DNA of 55,123 nucleotides from a virus. Lineage: Duplodnaviria > Caudoviricetes. The notes beneath the pieces are model-generated. The model was not told the DNA's origin. It saw nothing but the letters and a program-made list of their open reading frames with translations, and searched no databases. Location of the stretch: the IMG/VR virus record IMGVR_UViG_3300032737_000190, positions 1 to 55,123 of that record, one strand, 5' to 3'. A program made the position numbers and the translations under genes. This document shows positions 30,138 to 38,878 of the stretch, piece after piece; within the stretch, counting starts at the first letter, position 1, and the number at the start of each line of letters is the position of its first letter.

Positions 30138-31253
30138 ATGGAGAAAATACGAATACCACTTTCAGTGATAGCACTCGCTCTTTTATTGAACATGCAGATT
30201 GCGTCTGCGCAGTCTTGGAACTTTGGTGAACAGCGAAACCCCGAAAATCGAGGTGCAACAATAGAGCAACGGCTTATTGATATGGGAATCACTCTTCCGA
30301 GTGACTGGGATTCCATGGCCCAAGAAGAACGCAGGACTTTCATGCAAGAGAATGGATTTGAGATGGGTCCCGGAGGTGATCGTGGCAATTTTGACCGTGG
30401 ACAAAGAGGCCAATCCATGGAAGATCGTCTGGAACAACAGGGCATAGAATTGCCATCTGACTGGGATACCATGGCTCAGGAAGAACGCAGGACATTTATG
30501 GAGGAAAATGGACTAAACGTTGGTGGCATCCGTCAGCGTGCCAATGAATACAGCGACAGTCTGCCTGAAAACTGGAGCGAGATGACGCAGGAGGAGCAAC
30601 AAAACTATCTTGAAGAGAACGAGATTGATCGCCCCGGTCCAAGAGTACATAACTACCTACGCAATGTCCGAAAGGCACAGAACTACAAAAAGTTTTCTGG
30701 TCAGTTGCAATCAAAGAAACAATTCAGCGATGACTATCTAATTCGCCGAAAAGACGCTGTGAGCTTCTTGCAGAGAAGAGGTATTTTAGATGGAAATGAT
30801 GACGGCTCATTTAATCCACAAGGAGCAATTAACAGAGCAGAATCACTGAAGGTTCTGTTAGAAGCTTTGGGTGAGAACACTGTAGCTAGTGATACGACAG
30901 CCTTTTCTGATGTGCCCGTTGGTGCATGGTTTACACGCTATGTGAATCGCGCACGTGATCTTGGCATCGTAAAAGGATACGAGGATGGTTCGTTCCGCCC
31001 TGGCAACGTCGTCAATCAAGTAGAACTTCTCAAGATTGCTTTTGAAAGCTTTGGGATCGATCTGTCCGATTATCCTGTCACCGATCTGCCCTCAGGCACT
31101 GATCTTGATGCATGGTATGCCGTGTACTTACAGTACGCACTTGATAATGATTTACTGGATGAAGAAAAGGTAAATCCCAGTATAGGCATGACGCGTGAGG
31201 AGTTTTCCGAAGTGATCTATCGATTGATTCAGCAGCAAGAGAATCTGGAGTGA
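30138..31253 (+). CDS. Secreted S-layer homology (SLH) domain protein with N-terminal repeats
   Basis: Signal peptide; LPxxWxxMxQEExxxxxxEN repeats; SLH motifs GILDGNDDGSFNP..INRAE and GIVKGYEDGSFRP. Confidence 0.88.
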   Translation: MEKIRIPLSVIALALLLNMQIASAQSWNFGEQRNPENRGATIEQRLIDMGITLPSDWDSMAQEERRTFMQENGFEMGPGGDRGNFDRGQRGQSMEDRLEQQGIELPSDWDTMAQEERRTFMEENGLNVGGIRQRANEYSDSLPENWSEMTQEEQQNYLEENEIDRPGPRVHNYLRNVRKAQNYKKFSGQLQSKKQFSDDYLIRRKDAVSFLQRRGILDGNDDGSFNPQGAINRAESLKVLLEALGENTVASDTTAFSDVPVGAWFTRYVNRARDLGIVKGYEDGSFRPGNVVNQVELLKIAFESFGIDLSDYPVTDLPSGTDLDAWYAVYLQYALDNDLLDEEKVNPSIGMTREEFSEVIYRLIQQQENLE

Positions 31254-31256
31254 CTT

Positions 31257-31284
31257 TGAAACTTTTTCTATCTCAATTTGTGTA
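31257..31284 (+). promoter_or_regulatory. ECF promoter
   Basis: TGAAAC-N15-TTGTGTA. Confidence 0.8.
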
Positions 31285-31347
31285 AGTGTTTGCATGCAAT
31301 GAAAGTCTGATCAACTCATCCATTTTATTTCCTTTCACTGTCTCATC

Positions 31348-31821
31348 ATGAAGATATACAAGCAATCAGTTGCGGTTCCATTAGCAACCGCTCTTATGTT
31401 CCTTGCCGCAACACCAGCAGTACTTGCCTTCGGTGGCTTTCGTGGAAGCGATGTGCCTGAAGAAGCGAGAGAAACACTCAAAGCCTGTCATAACTCCATT
31501 TTGGAGAAATATGACATTGAAGTTCCTGAAGCTTCTGAGAACAGTCGTCGTTTCCGCGGTTGGGGATGTGGATTTTCCGCTGACTTGAACAGTGAGGAAC
31601 GCGCTACCATGAGAGGAGAACTCCAAAGCTGTAGAAGCGATGTGATGGAGCAGTACGGCATAGAAGCTCCAAAGCGCCAGGACTTCAAGTCTTTCGGAAT
31701 GCGTGTTCCTCACGATTTCAGAGGTGAATTCTTCGGTGGCCTAAAGGATCTTTTTGAAGAAGACAAAACTGCACTAATGCAGGAGATAGAAGCTCTCATC
31801 GAGAAATACCGCAACAAGTAG
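31348..31821 (+). CDS. Secreted hypothetical protein
   Basis: Signal peptide ending AVLA-F; internal duplicated C...(L/M)E.Y.IE.P segment. Confidence 0.75.
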   Translation: MKIYKQSVAVPLATALMFLAATPAVLAFGGFRGSDVPEEARETLKACHNSILEKYDIEVPEASENSRRFRGWGCGFSADLNSEERATMRGELQSCRSDVMEQYGIEAPKRQDFKSFGMRVPHDFRGEFFGGLKDLFEEDKTALMQEIEALIEKYRNK

Positions 31822-31841
31822 TAAGCGCGTTTGAGGGGAGG

Positions 31842-31875
31842 AAAGTGTCTCCTGCAGGGAAGGAGGCACTTTTTT
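31842..31875 (+). terminator. Rho-independent terminator
   Basis: AAAGTGTCTCCT-loop-AGGAGGCACTTT followed by T-run. Confidence 0.8.
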
Positions 31876-31902
31876 GAAACTTTTTTCTTAGGCAGTTGTG
31901 TA
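31875..31902 (+). promoter_or_regulatory. ECF promoter of exporter operon
   Basis: TGAAAC-N15-TTGTGTA. Confidence 0.8.
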
Positions 31903-31945
31903 TACAAAAGATTTATCAAATGTAACATTTCTTCCCCAAATTCCA

Positions 31946-32377
31946 ATGAAACGATTCAATCTTCCCTCCTACATAGTCGGTGTAATCACTGGTGCGGTTA
32001 TCCTTGTACTTGTTTTCTCTGTGAAGCCATTCTTAAACCCATCACAGAAAACACCGTTTCCATCAGACCGCATGTTTGACGGACAGGAGAGAGGAGAATC
32101 CCGCAGGGAAGGCATGCGTTCCCTAGAGGGGGATATGATGAACGAAGAACGTCTGCAGAGTATGGCCGATCAGTTTGGTATAACCGTAGAAGAATTGCAG
32201 ACTGAAATGGATTCAGGAAAAACTCTGCCGGAAATTGCAGAAGAGCATGGTGTTGAGCTTCAATCCCCCAGAGGAATGCCAGGAGGAGATAGGCTGGGGA
32301 TGCCCCAGAGTGGGACAGGCACATCTGAAATACCTGACTCACCAGAAGAACCGTCTGATACTGAATCTTCTGAATAA
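31946..32377 (+). CDS. Membrane-anchored protein with one GITVEEL...GKTL.EIA.EHGV helical repeat
   Basis: N-terminal TM helix; repeat shared with the next gene. Confidence 0.7.
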   Translation: MKRFNLPSYIVGVITGAVILVLVFSVKPFLNPSQKTPFPSDRMFDGQERGESRREGMRSLEGDMMNEERLQSMADQFGITVEELQTEMDSGKTLPEIAEEHGVELQSPRGMPGGDRLGMPQSGTGTSEIPDSPEEPSDTESSE

Positions 32378-32397
32378 ATCTGATATTCTAGACGCAT

Positions 32398-32844
32398 ATG
32401 GATACCGCTACCCTCTCATCATTCGTTGCTGGCCTTCTCACCACACTTGTCGTTGGTGCGATAATCGTGGGGTCATTGCGTCTACATCCCAAGATGGATG
32501 TCTTACATCGTGGTGCGCCGCGCATAGAAGACCGCCAGTCATTTGTAGAGATTACAGAGCAACTCGGAATGTCTCATGAGGAACTTCGCCGTGAACTCTC
32601 ACAAGGGAAGTCGATGATGGATATTGCCATGGAGCGTGGTGTGAAACTTCGGCTTCCTCCCCGCTGGATGAATGAAGAAGATCGACAACAATTTTTGCAA
32701 GGTATGGCAGAACATATTGGTATCTCTGTGGAGGAACTGCGGGGAAAGCTATCTGAGGGAAAGAGATTAATGGACATTGCCGCAGAGCATGGCGTTACAC
32801 TTACGTTCCCGGAACCTCCAAGAAGAGAGAATCTTCCTCGATAA
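32398..32844 (+). CDS. Membrane-anchored protein with two copies of the same helical repeat
   Basis: LGMSHEEL...GKSMMDIAMERGV and IGISVEEL...GKRLMDIAAEHGV. Confidence 0.7.
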   Translation: MDTATLSSFVAGLLTTLVVGAIIVGSLRLHPKMDVLHRGAPRIEDRQSFVEITEQLGMSHEELRRELSQGKSMMDIAMERGVKLRLPPRWMNEEDRQQFLQGMAEHIGISVEELRGKLSEGKRLMDIAAEHGVTLTFPEPPRRENLPR

Positions 32845-32897
32845 TTTACTTCTTTTTCATGACAGTTTTCTCATCACTCATTTACCGGCTTCACCTC

Positions 32898-34796
32898 ATG
32901 AAATTTTCGATGCTGCTACACCGGCTTAAATGGGGCAGCGTAATACTTGGTGTTGCTACGCCACTTATTCTCGTAGGAGGCTACCGCTTCTGGAATGGCA
33001 ACACAGAGGCACAGGAGATTGTTGGAGAAATAGTGACTGTCGGTCGCCGGGATATTACACTCTCCATTAAGGCGCTTGGCACAGTGACACTTGCCAACGA
33101 GCAACAACTTCGCTTCAACGTGCAGGGTAAAGTGGAGAAAGTGCATGTAAAAACGGGAGATGAAGTAAAGCGCGACGACCTCATTGCGGAACTTGAATAA
33201 ACAGATCCCAATGCTGACATCCGTCAGGCACAGCTCGCCGTTAATGATGCGTATTTGCGTTTGCAAGAACTTCAAACGGGTCGCGATCAAGATATTATGA
33301 CTGCGGAGAACAGTGTTCGCGATCTCGAAAGACAGTTGGAAGATGCATACGGCGACCTGCCATCGCAACACATGCAAGTGGATGACCAGATCGAACAGGC
33401 AAAAAGAACGGTGTTGGAGAAAGAGGCTGCCTCCAAAAAGGCGCAGCGCGATCTTTCGGTGAGCATTGAGGATGCTATTGCTGATGCCGATGGCCTCTTA
33501 GATGATATTCTGGAAGTCCTCAGTGGAGAATCAGCAATACGTGGGGCTAAGCGCTACAAAACATTCGAAATTGATTTTCTTTATAACAATTACACCCTGA
33601 AAAATGAAGTAGAATTTGCCTTCTACGATGCATCAAACGCGTACGACGCATTTCGGGAGAAGCACGGATCGCTGCTAAACGTAGAAGATACCCGCAAGCT
33701 GCAACTGGCACTCGATGACGCTGTTGCCATGGCAGAAGAGATTGTTGACCTCACGAATATATCGTATGATTTTCTCAGAACAGCGGTACCATCGACGAGC
33801 TATACCGATGCAGACATCAATGACCTGAAGGCGACTATGAATACCAAACGTACAGCGACCATCACACTGTTCGATACCTTGCGCGATCAACAGGCAACTT
33901 TGACGCTTCCCGGAAAGAGCACCACGATGCAGGATCTTGAAGATGCACGCGAAGCTCTTACTTTACTAGAATCACAAAAGGAGAACAAAACGACAACAGC
34001 CGATACAGCAGAGCGTACGGTTTCCAACCTGAATGATAAACTGCGTGTAGAGCAGAAAAAAATGGAACAAACAACGGTGAGTGTTGATGTACAGATCAAT
34101 CAACAAGGAAATGCTATGGCGCAGAAGCAAGTTGCACTAGAAAAAGCACGACGTGCTTTGGAGAATTATGAACTGCGTGCGCCGTTTGATGGCATTGTCC
34201 GTCGCGTGGATTTTCAGGTTGGAGATAACCTCCTGGCAGATGCCAGCGAAACAAAATACATCGTGCTGGAAAATCCGGAATACTTTATTGTGACAGTTCA
34301 ACTCGATCAGGTCGATGTCGTCCACGCCAAAGAAAAACAGAAGACAATCATTACGTTTGATGCCATACCGGATGCGACATTTGAGGGAGCCATCAGTTTA
34401 ATTGATACGACACCGATTCAGACATCCGGAGTGGTTTCGTACGAAGTGGAAATTGTTCTGGAACCGACCGAAGAATATACGATTCTTTCGGGCATGACAT
34501 CCACAGTGGAAATTCAGACGGCATCAGCTGAAAATGCCATCGCTGTTCCCAATCTGGCTTTGCGCACGCAAGGTGACAGAACATTTATTACTAGCGAGGC
34601 TGGAAGCAATATTCCCATTGAGACTGGCATCACCGATGGGATGTACACCGAAGTTATTTCTGGCTTGCAAGAGGGTGATCGTATTCAGTCAATTAACATA
34701 TCACTCAACACGACGCAGGATTCCTCTGAGAGGGAGAATGACCGTGGCTCGAGAATGATGATGCCGATGGGTGGTGGTCGTCCGCCGGGCGGTTGA
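32898..34796 (+). pseudogene. MacA-like/RND membrane fusion (periplasmic adaptor) protein interrupted by in-frame TAA at 33198-33200
   Basis: ORFs 32859-33200 and 33255-34796 are in the same frame; lipoyl half-motifs GKVEKVHVKTGDEV and LRAPFDGIV lie on either side of the stop. Confidence 0.82.
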
Positions 34797-34817
34797 AGCT
34801 AATATTCCCTCTTCTGT

Positions 34818-35483
34818 ATGATAGAACTCAATGACATTACTAAAAAATACATCCTTGGTACGCAGGAACTCCCTGTGCTTAAGGGGATAACACTCACGAT
34901 TAATGAAGGCGAATTTGTCGCAATCATGGGGCCCTCCGGTTCAGGCAAGTCTACACTCATGAATATCATCGGTCTATTGGATACAGTGACATCGGGGGCG
35001 TACAAACTAGAGAACAAGAAAGTAAGCAGCCTCTCGGAAAATGACCAGGCAGAGGTTCGCAGCCGACGTATTGGGTTTGTATTTCAAATGTTTAATCTGC
35101 TCCCACGTATGAATTCTCTTCGACAGGTGATGCAACCGCTTCTATATCAGGGCATACCTCGCCATGAGGCAATGCAGAAGGCCGATGAAGCGTGTAAAGC
35201 TGTAGGACTCGAAGACCGAATGCATCATTTACCCAACGAACTTTCCGGAGGGCAAAGGCAACGTGTAGCTATTGCACGTGCGCTTGTAACAAATCCAGCA
35301 TTGATACTTGCCGATGAACCAACAGGTGCTCTCGATTCTCAAACTGGACAAGAGATAATGGATTTGTTAGATAATCTTAATAAGAATGATGTCACAATAG
35401 TAATGGTGACACATGAGCCACACATCGCCGATTATGCCAGTCGAAGGATTCATATTCTTGACGGCCAGATTGATCCCAAGTAA
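34818..35483 (+). CDS. ABC transporter ATP-binding protein (MacB/LolD-like)
   Basis: [32 protein letters not shown]. Confidence 0.95.
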   Translation: MIELNDITKKYILGTQELPVLKGITLTINEGEFVAIMGPSGSGKSTLMNIIGLLDTVTSGAYKLENKKVSSLSENDQAEVRSRRIGFVFQMFNLLPRMNSLRQVMQPLLYQGIPRHEAMQKADEACKAVGLEDRMHHLPNELSGGQRQRVAIARALVTNPALILADEPTGALDSQTGQEIMDLLDNLNKNDVTIVMVTHEPHIADYASRRIHILDGQIDPK

Positions 35484-35489
35484 CACCCT

Positions 35490-36722
35490 ATGTACTACTT
35501 CGAAAACTTCCGCAGCGCATTCGATGCCATCCGTAATAACAAGATGCGGTCGGGGCTCACGATGCTTGGCGTCATTATCGGTGTCTCATCTGTGGTGCTC
35601 ATGGTCGGCATCGGAAAAGGTTCTCAGCAGCAAATCACAGAACGGATCGAAAGTCTCGGAACGAACTTGCTCGTTATTCAGCCGGGAAGCCCCAGCCAAA
35701 CCAACGTTCGTTCAATGTTCCGTCGTGCCGGAGGAGGAAGCACTACCAGCACACTCACTTCAGATGATGTCAGTGCCATAGAAAAGAATGTTTCCGGGCT
35801 TCTTGGTATCTCGCCACAACTCTCAGGCAACATGCAGGCGATCGTAGGAAATCAAAATATGCAGACGAGCGTCATCGGCGTCACACCGGATTATCCTGCT
35901 GTCAATAATTTTTCACTGGAGTTTGGCTCTTTTATTGAAGAGCAACATATCGGAGAGATACAAAAAGTTGTCGTATTGGGTAAGGAAGTGGTTGAGACTC
36001 TTTTTGGAAGTCAAAATCCTATAGGAAAAGATATACGGTTGGAAAATCATATTTTCACTGTCATCGGCGTCATGGAGGCAAAAGGGCAACAAGGATTTTC
36101 AAATCAGGATGACATTGCCTTGATTCCACTGACGACAATGCAGCAGCGCATCCAGGGAACAGACAAGCTGGGTTCAATCAATGTTTCGGTAGAACATCAG
36201 GATGATATGGATCAGGTAAAAACAATTATTGAAGCTGTCTTGCTCAATCAGCACCGCATCTTAAACCCTGACGATCAGGACTTTAATATATTCAATCAAG
36301 CAGACACGGTCGAGACACTTAATGAAGTCACACAGACGTTCACTCTTCTCCTCGGCGGCATTGCAGCGATCTCGCTGATTGTTGGCGGAATCGGTGTAAT
36401 GAACATTATGCTTGTTTCTGTAACTGAGCGAACTCGGGAGATTGGTATACGTAAAGCCATTGGCGCAAAGAAGCGCGACATTCTTCAGCAATTCTTGGTT
36501 GAATCAATGGTATTGAGTGTGCTCGGTGGCGTAATCGGAATTCTCATTAGCTATCTCGGAGCATGGATTGTGACAAATTACGTAGAAACACAAGTAATCA
36601 TTGTATTCAATTCCATTTTACTAGCATTCAGTTTCTCGATTGCTATCGGTATTTTCTTTGGCATTCTTCCTGCGTGGAAAGCGGCGAAACTTAAGCCGAT
36701 TGATGCGTTGAGGTATGAGTAG
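35490..36722 (+). CDS. ABC transporter permease (MacB/FtsX-like)
   Basis: RSGLTMLGVIIGV; GGIGVMNIMLVSVTERTREIGIRKAIGA; PIDALRYE. Confidence 0.95.
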   Translation: MYYFENFRSAFDAIRNNKMRSGLTMLGVIIGVSSVVLMVGIGKGSQQQITERIESLGTNLLVIQPGSPSQTNVRSMFRRAGGGSTTSTLTSDDVSAIEKNVSGLLGISPQLSGNMQAIVGNQNMQTSVIGVTPDYPAVNNFSLEFGSFIEEQHIGEIQKVVVLGKEVVETLFGSQNPIGKDIRLENHIFTVIGVMEAKGQQGFSNQDDIALIPLTTMQQRIQGTDKLGSINVSVEHQDDMDQVKTIIEAVLLNQHRILNPDDQDFNIFNQADTVETLNEVTQTFTLLLGGIAAISLIVGGIGVMNIMLVSVTERTREIGIRKAIGAKKRDILQQFLVESMVLSVLGGVIGILISYLGAWIVTNYVETQVIIVFNSILLAFSFSIAIGIFFGILPAWKAAKLKPIDALRYE

Positions 36723-36763
36723 ACAGGGCACATGGGACACCCCAAAGTCGCCCATCTTGGATA

Positions 36764-36797
36764 GGCAAGTGGGTCGCTTTAGACGCGCACCTATTGG
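36764..36797 (+). repeat. 34-bp direct repeat, right copy
   Basis: GGCAAGTGGGTCGCTTTAGACGCGCACCTATTGG. Confidence 0.92.
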
Positions 36798-36893
36798 CTG
36801 GCCAGTCCTGTCTGGTACCAACCCCTTCGGGCTATTTTGGGGTTTTTGAGGACTCCTTTCATAAGGTTGGTTTAGGCACTCGGGTCAGGGCTT

Positions 36894-36933
36894 AAATGAG
36901 ACAAATGAGACACTATAAAAAGGGGGTGTCTTA
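36894..36933. repeat. Tandem 9-mer plus inverted repeat at the junction before element B
   Basis: AAATGAGAC x2 (36894-36911); TGAGACAC-N12-GTGTCTTA. Confidence 0.5.
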
Positions 36934-36972
36934 GATGATTCTTGAACAAATAATTTGCTCAACAATTACAGC

Positions 36973-37215
36973 TTAGTAACGCCAGATACCAAGAGTGCGC
37001 AGTAACCATCCAGTCAGTCTGTACGCAATTGCTCCGAGAACAAGGATAAGTACATCAAACCATGGTTCTAAGAAAATTTCAGTGCCCCAGATTTTAATGG
37101 AGCCCACAATTAAAAGGAGCATAAATAATGCCCATACCTGCTTGCCTAAAGCACGATTTTCTCGGGGTGTTAAGCCATTCTTAGAAATATAATTCTTGCG
37201 TTTACGACGTGGCAT
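36973..37215 (-). CDS. Small two-TM membrane protein
   Basis: 80 aa with basic N-terminus and two hydrophobic segments. Confidence 0.65.
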   Translation of the reverse strand: MPRRKRKNYISKNGLTPRENRALGKQVWALFMLLLIVGSIKIWGTEIFLEPWFDVLILVLGAIAYRLTGWLLRTLGIWRY

Positions 37216-37243
37216 AGTGAACCACTATAATGCTTTTCTGACA

Positions 37244-37966
37244 TTATTGCTTCTTCGATTTTTTGTTTTGGTTTGTATATTCAAATTTGTAATCGTTTTT
37301 CTGACCTGCAGGAGGATCGGAATACTTCATGTATTTCATGATCTTGTAGTCTTTCAGATGCTCGAACGCATCGACGAATTTATACCACGGCTCGACTCGG
37401 AACCAATCCTGCCCATCTCTGGTCTCTTTAATCGATTTGCTATCTACTAACTTCTTCGGAGGCAAGGTGTCCTTGTTATCTTTGATCAGAAATACTTGCA
37501 CATGAGGTTTCTTCTCAGCATTGGTAATAGTTCTGGGCTTCAGTATTCCCTCTCGTACCCACTTACGCAGTGTCGAGCTTCTGATATTGAAACACGACTG
37601 CATATCATAACTGGAATACCAATTGTCTCGGTTCTTAGCAATGGATGCCGGAACCTGCTTGCGATCAACACCCTTCTGACACGTCATGCACTTAATGCCG
37701 TATTTGTCGTACCAAGTCTCTTCTTTGGAACAGGACTGACCACAAATTGCACAGGTGTAGCCTTCGCCATCCAGATGAAACCCCTTCGGATTCTCTTCTA
37801 GACGTTTCTGGCGTTTCATATCCTCAATCATGAAGTCGTACAGCACATGAGCTAGATTCTGCATATTGTAGGCAGCCTCAGTTGCCTCTTCCCATGTGTA
37901 TTCCTTGCCATATTCCTTCTCCATAATTTCTTTCATCTCCTGAATTCGCTCTTTGGTTAGCTCCAT
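37244..37966 (-). CDS. Zn-finger plus MerR/excisionase-like HTH protein (paralog of 3363-4028)
   Basis: Shares PKGFHL.G.GYTCAIC..SCS.EETWYDKYG.KC..CQ and DMQS.FNIR..TLR.W with 3363-4028. Confidence 0.75.
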   Translation of the reverse strand: MELTKERIQEMKEIMEKEYGKEYTWEEATEAAYNMQNLAHVLYDFMIEDMKRQKRLEENPKGFHLDGEGYTCAICGQSCSKEETWYDKYGIKCMTCQKGVDRKQVPASIAKNRDNWYSSYDMQSCFNIRSSTLRKWVREGILKPRTITNAEKKPHVQVFLIKDNKDTLPPKKLVDSKSIKETRDGQDWFRVEPWYKFVDAFEHLKDYKIMKYMKYSDPPAGQKNDYKFEYTNQNKKSKKQ

Positions 37967-38018
37967 AACAGATTAAGATGGATATGCTAAAGTAAAGATG
38001 ATTATACTCTAAATAAAT

Positions 38019-38876
38019 ATGTCTACAAGACATGGTTTAGATCCTCAGGCAGAAACTCCTTCTATTGCTTTCGGCATTACTGAAATAATGAATGCCGTTG
38101 GAATGTATCCATTTCATCCTCGGCGTAACGGCGAGCTATTATTTGATCCCGCTTCTCAATATTCTGAACATTTCAAACAGACTTCCGAAAAACGAATATT
38201 CCAAACCCTGCATCTATTTCAATGTCACCTAAATGGATACGCAAAATGTATGGCAAATATAAGGGACCAGTCTTATAGGGAAAAAATCGGATATCACACA
38301 AATCTGGCAGGATTAGCAGCAGAGACATTCTATTTCTTCTGGAGCATTCTTAGTGATGACCTCTCTCGCGTCATCCCCTATGTCATGGAACAAAGTCCAT
38401 CAATCAATGTACATAAATGGTCATTCGACAAGATGCTCAAAAGAATAGTAAATGATGGGCTGTACCCTGCACTGAAACCACTATTTGTTCCATTGGAACA
38501 AGATATGTCCTGGTGGACACTTTCATTTTCCTACGAGGATGGGATGCGACAGCGATTTATGCATTATGCAGATAGCCTCAGTCTTAATGGTCAATGTGAA
38601 AATGGGATGATGCATGCGAGTCCGAGTGTGTGGAGGTTTAACGAAGAGGGAGTGCGTGTAGACGCAGACTTCGACTACCTTCTTCATGGTTCACTCAAAT
38701 CCTTCTTCAATTGGCTCGATAATATTGAACAAACTCTTCGTGAGCGATTGAGGGAAAGATCAAGTATAGAAAATATTGAGTGGAATGAAGATGAAGATTG
38801 CTACTCCTTTAAACTGGGTGTGCAATTTGAAGATCAAGAAAGGGAGTTGGCAATTTTTCCTCAGATTGAAATTTAA
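38019..38876 (+). CDS. Hypothetical protein, possible HEPN (Cthe_2314-like)
   Basis: ETFYFF..ILSDDLSR and MRQRFMHY (RxxxxH). Confidence 0.55.
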   Translation: MSTRHGLDPQAETPSIAFGITEIMNAVGMYPFHPRRNGELLFDPASQYSEHFKQTSEKRIFQTLHLFQCHLNGYAKCMANIRDQSYREKIGYHTNLAGLAAETFYFFWSILSDDLSRVIPYVMEQSPSINVHKWSFDKMLKRIVNDGLYPALKPLFVPLEQDMSWWTLSFSYEDGMRQRFMHYADSLSLNGQCENGMMHASPSVWRFNEEGVRVDADFDYLLHGSLKSFFNWLDNIEQTLRERLRERSSIENIEWNEDEDCYSFKLGVQFEDQERELAIFPQIEI

Positions 38877-38878
38877 AC

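Noticed and set aside
33198-33200. Alternative genetic code (stop codon reassignment)
   Set aside because: TAA, TAG and TGA all end intact genes in this window; only one internal TAA was seen.
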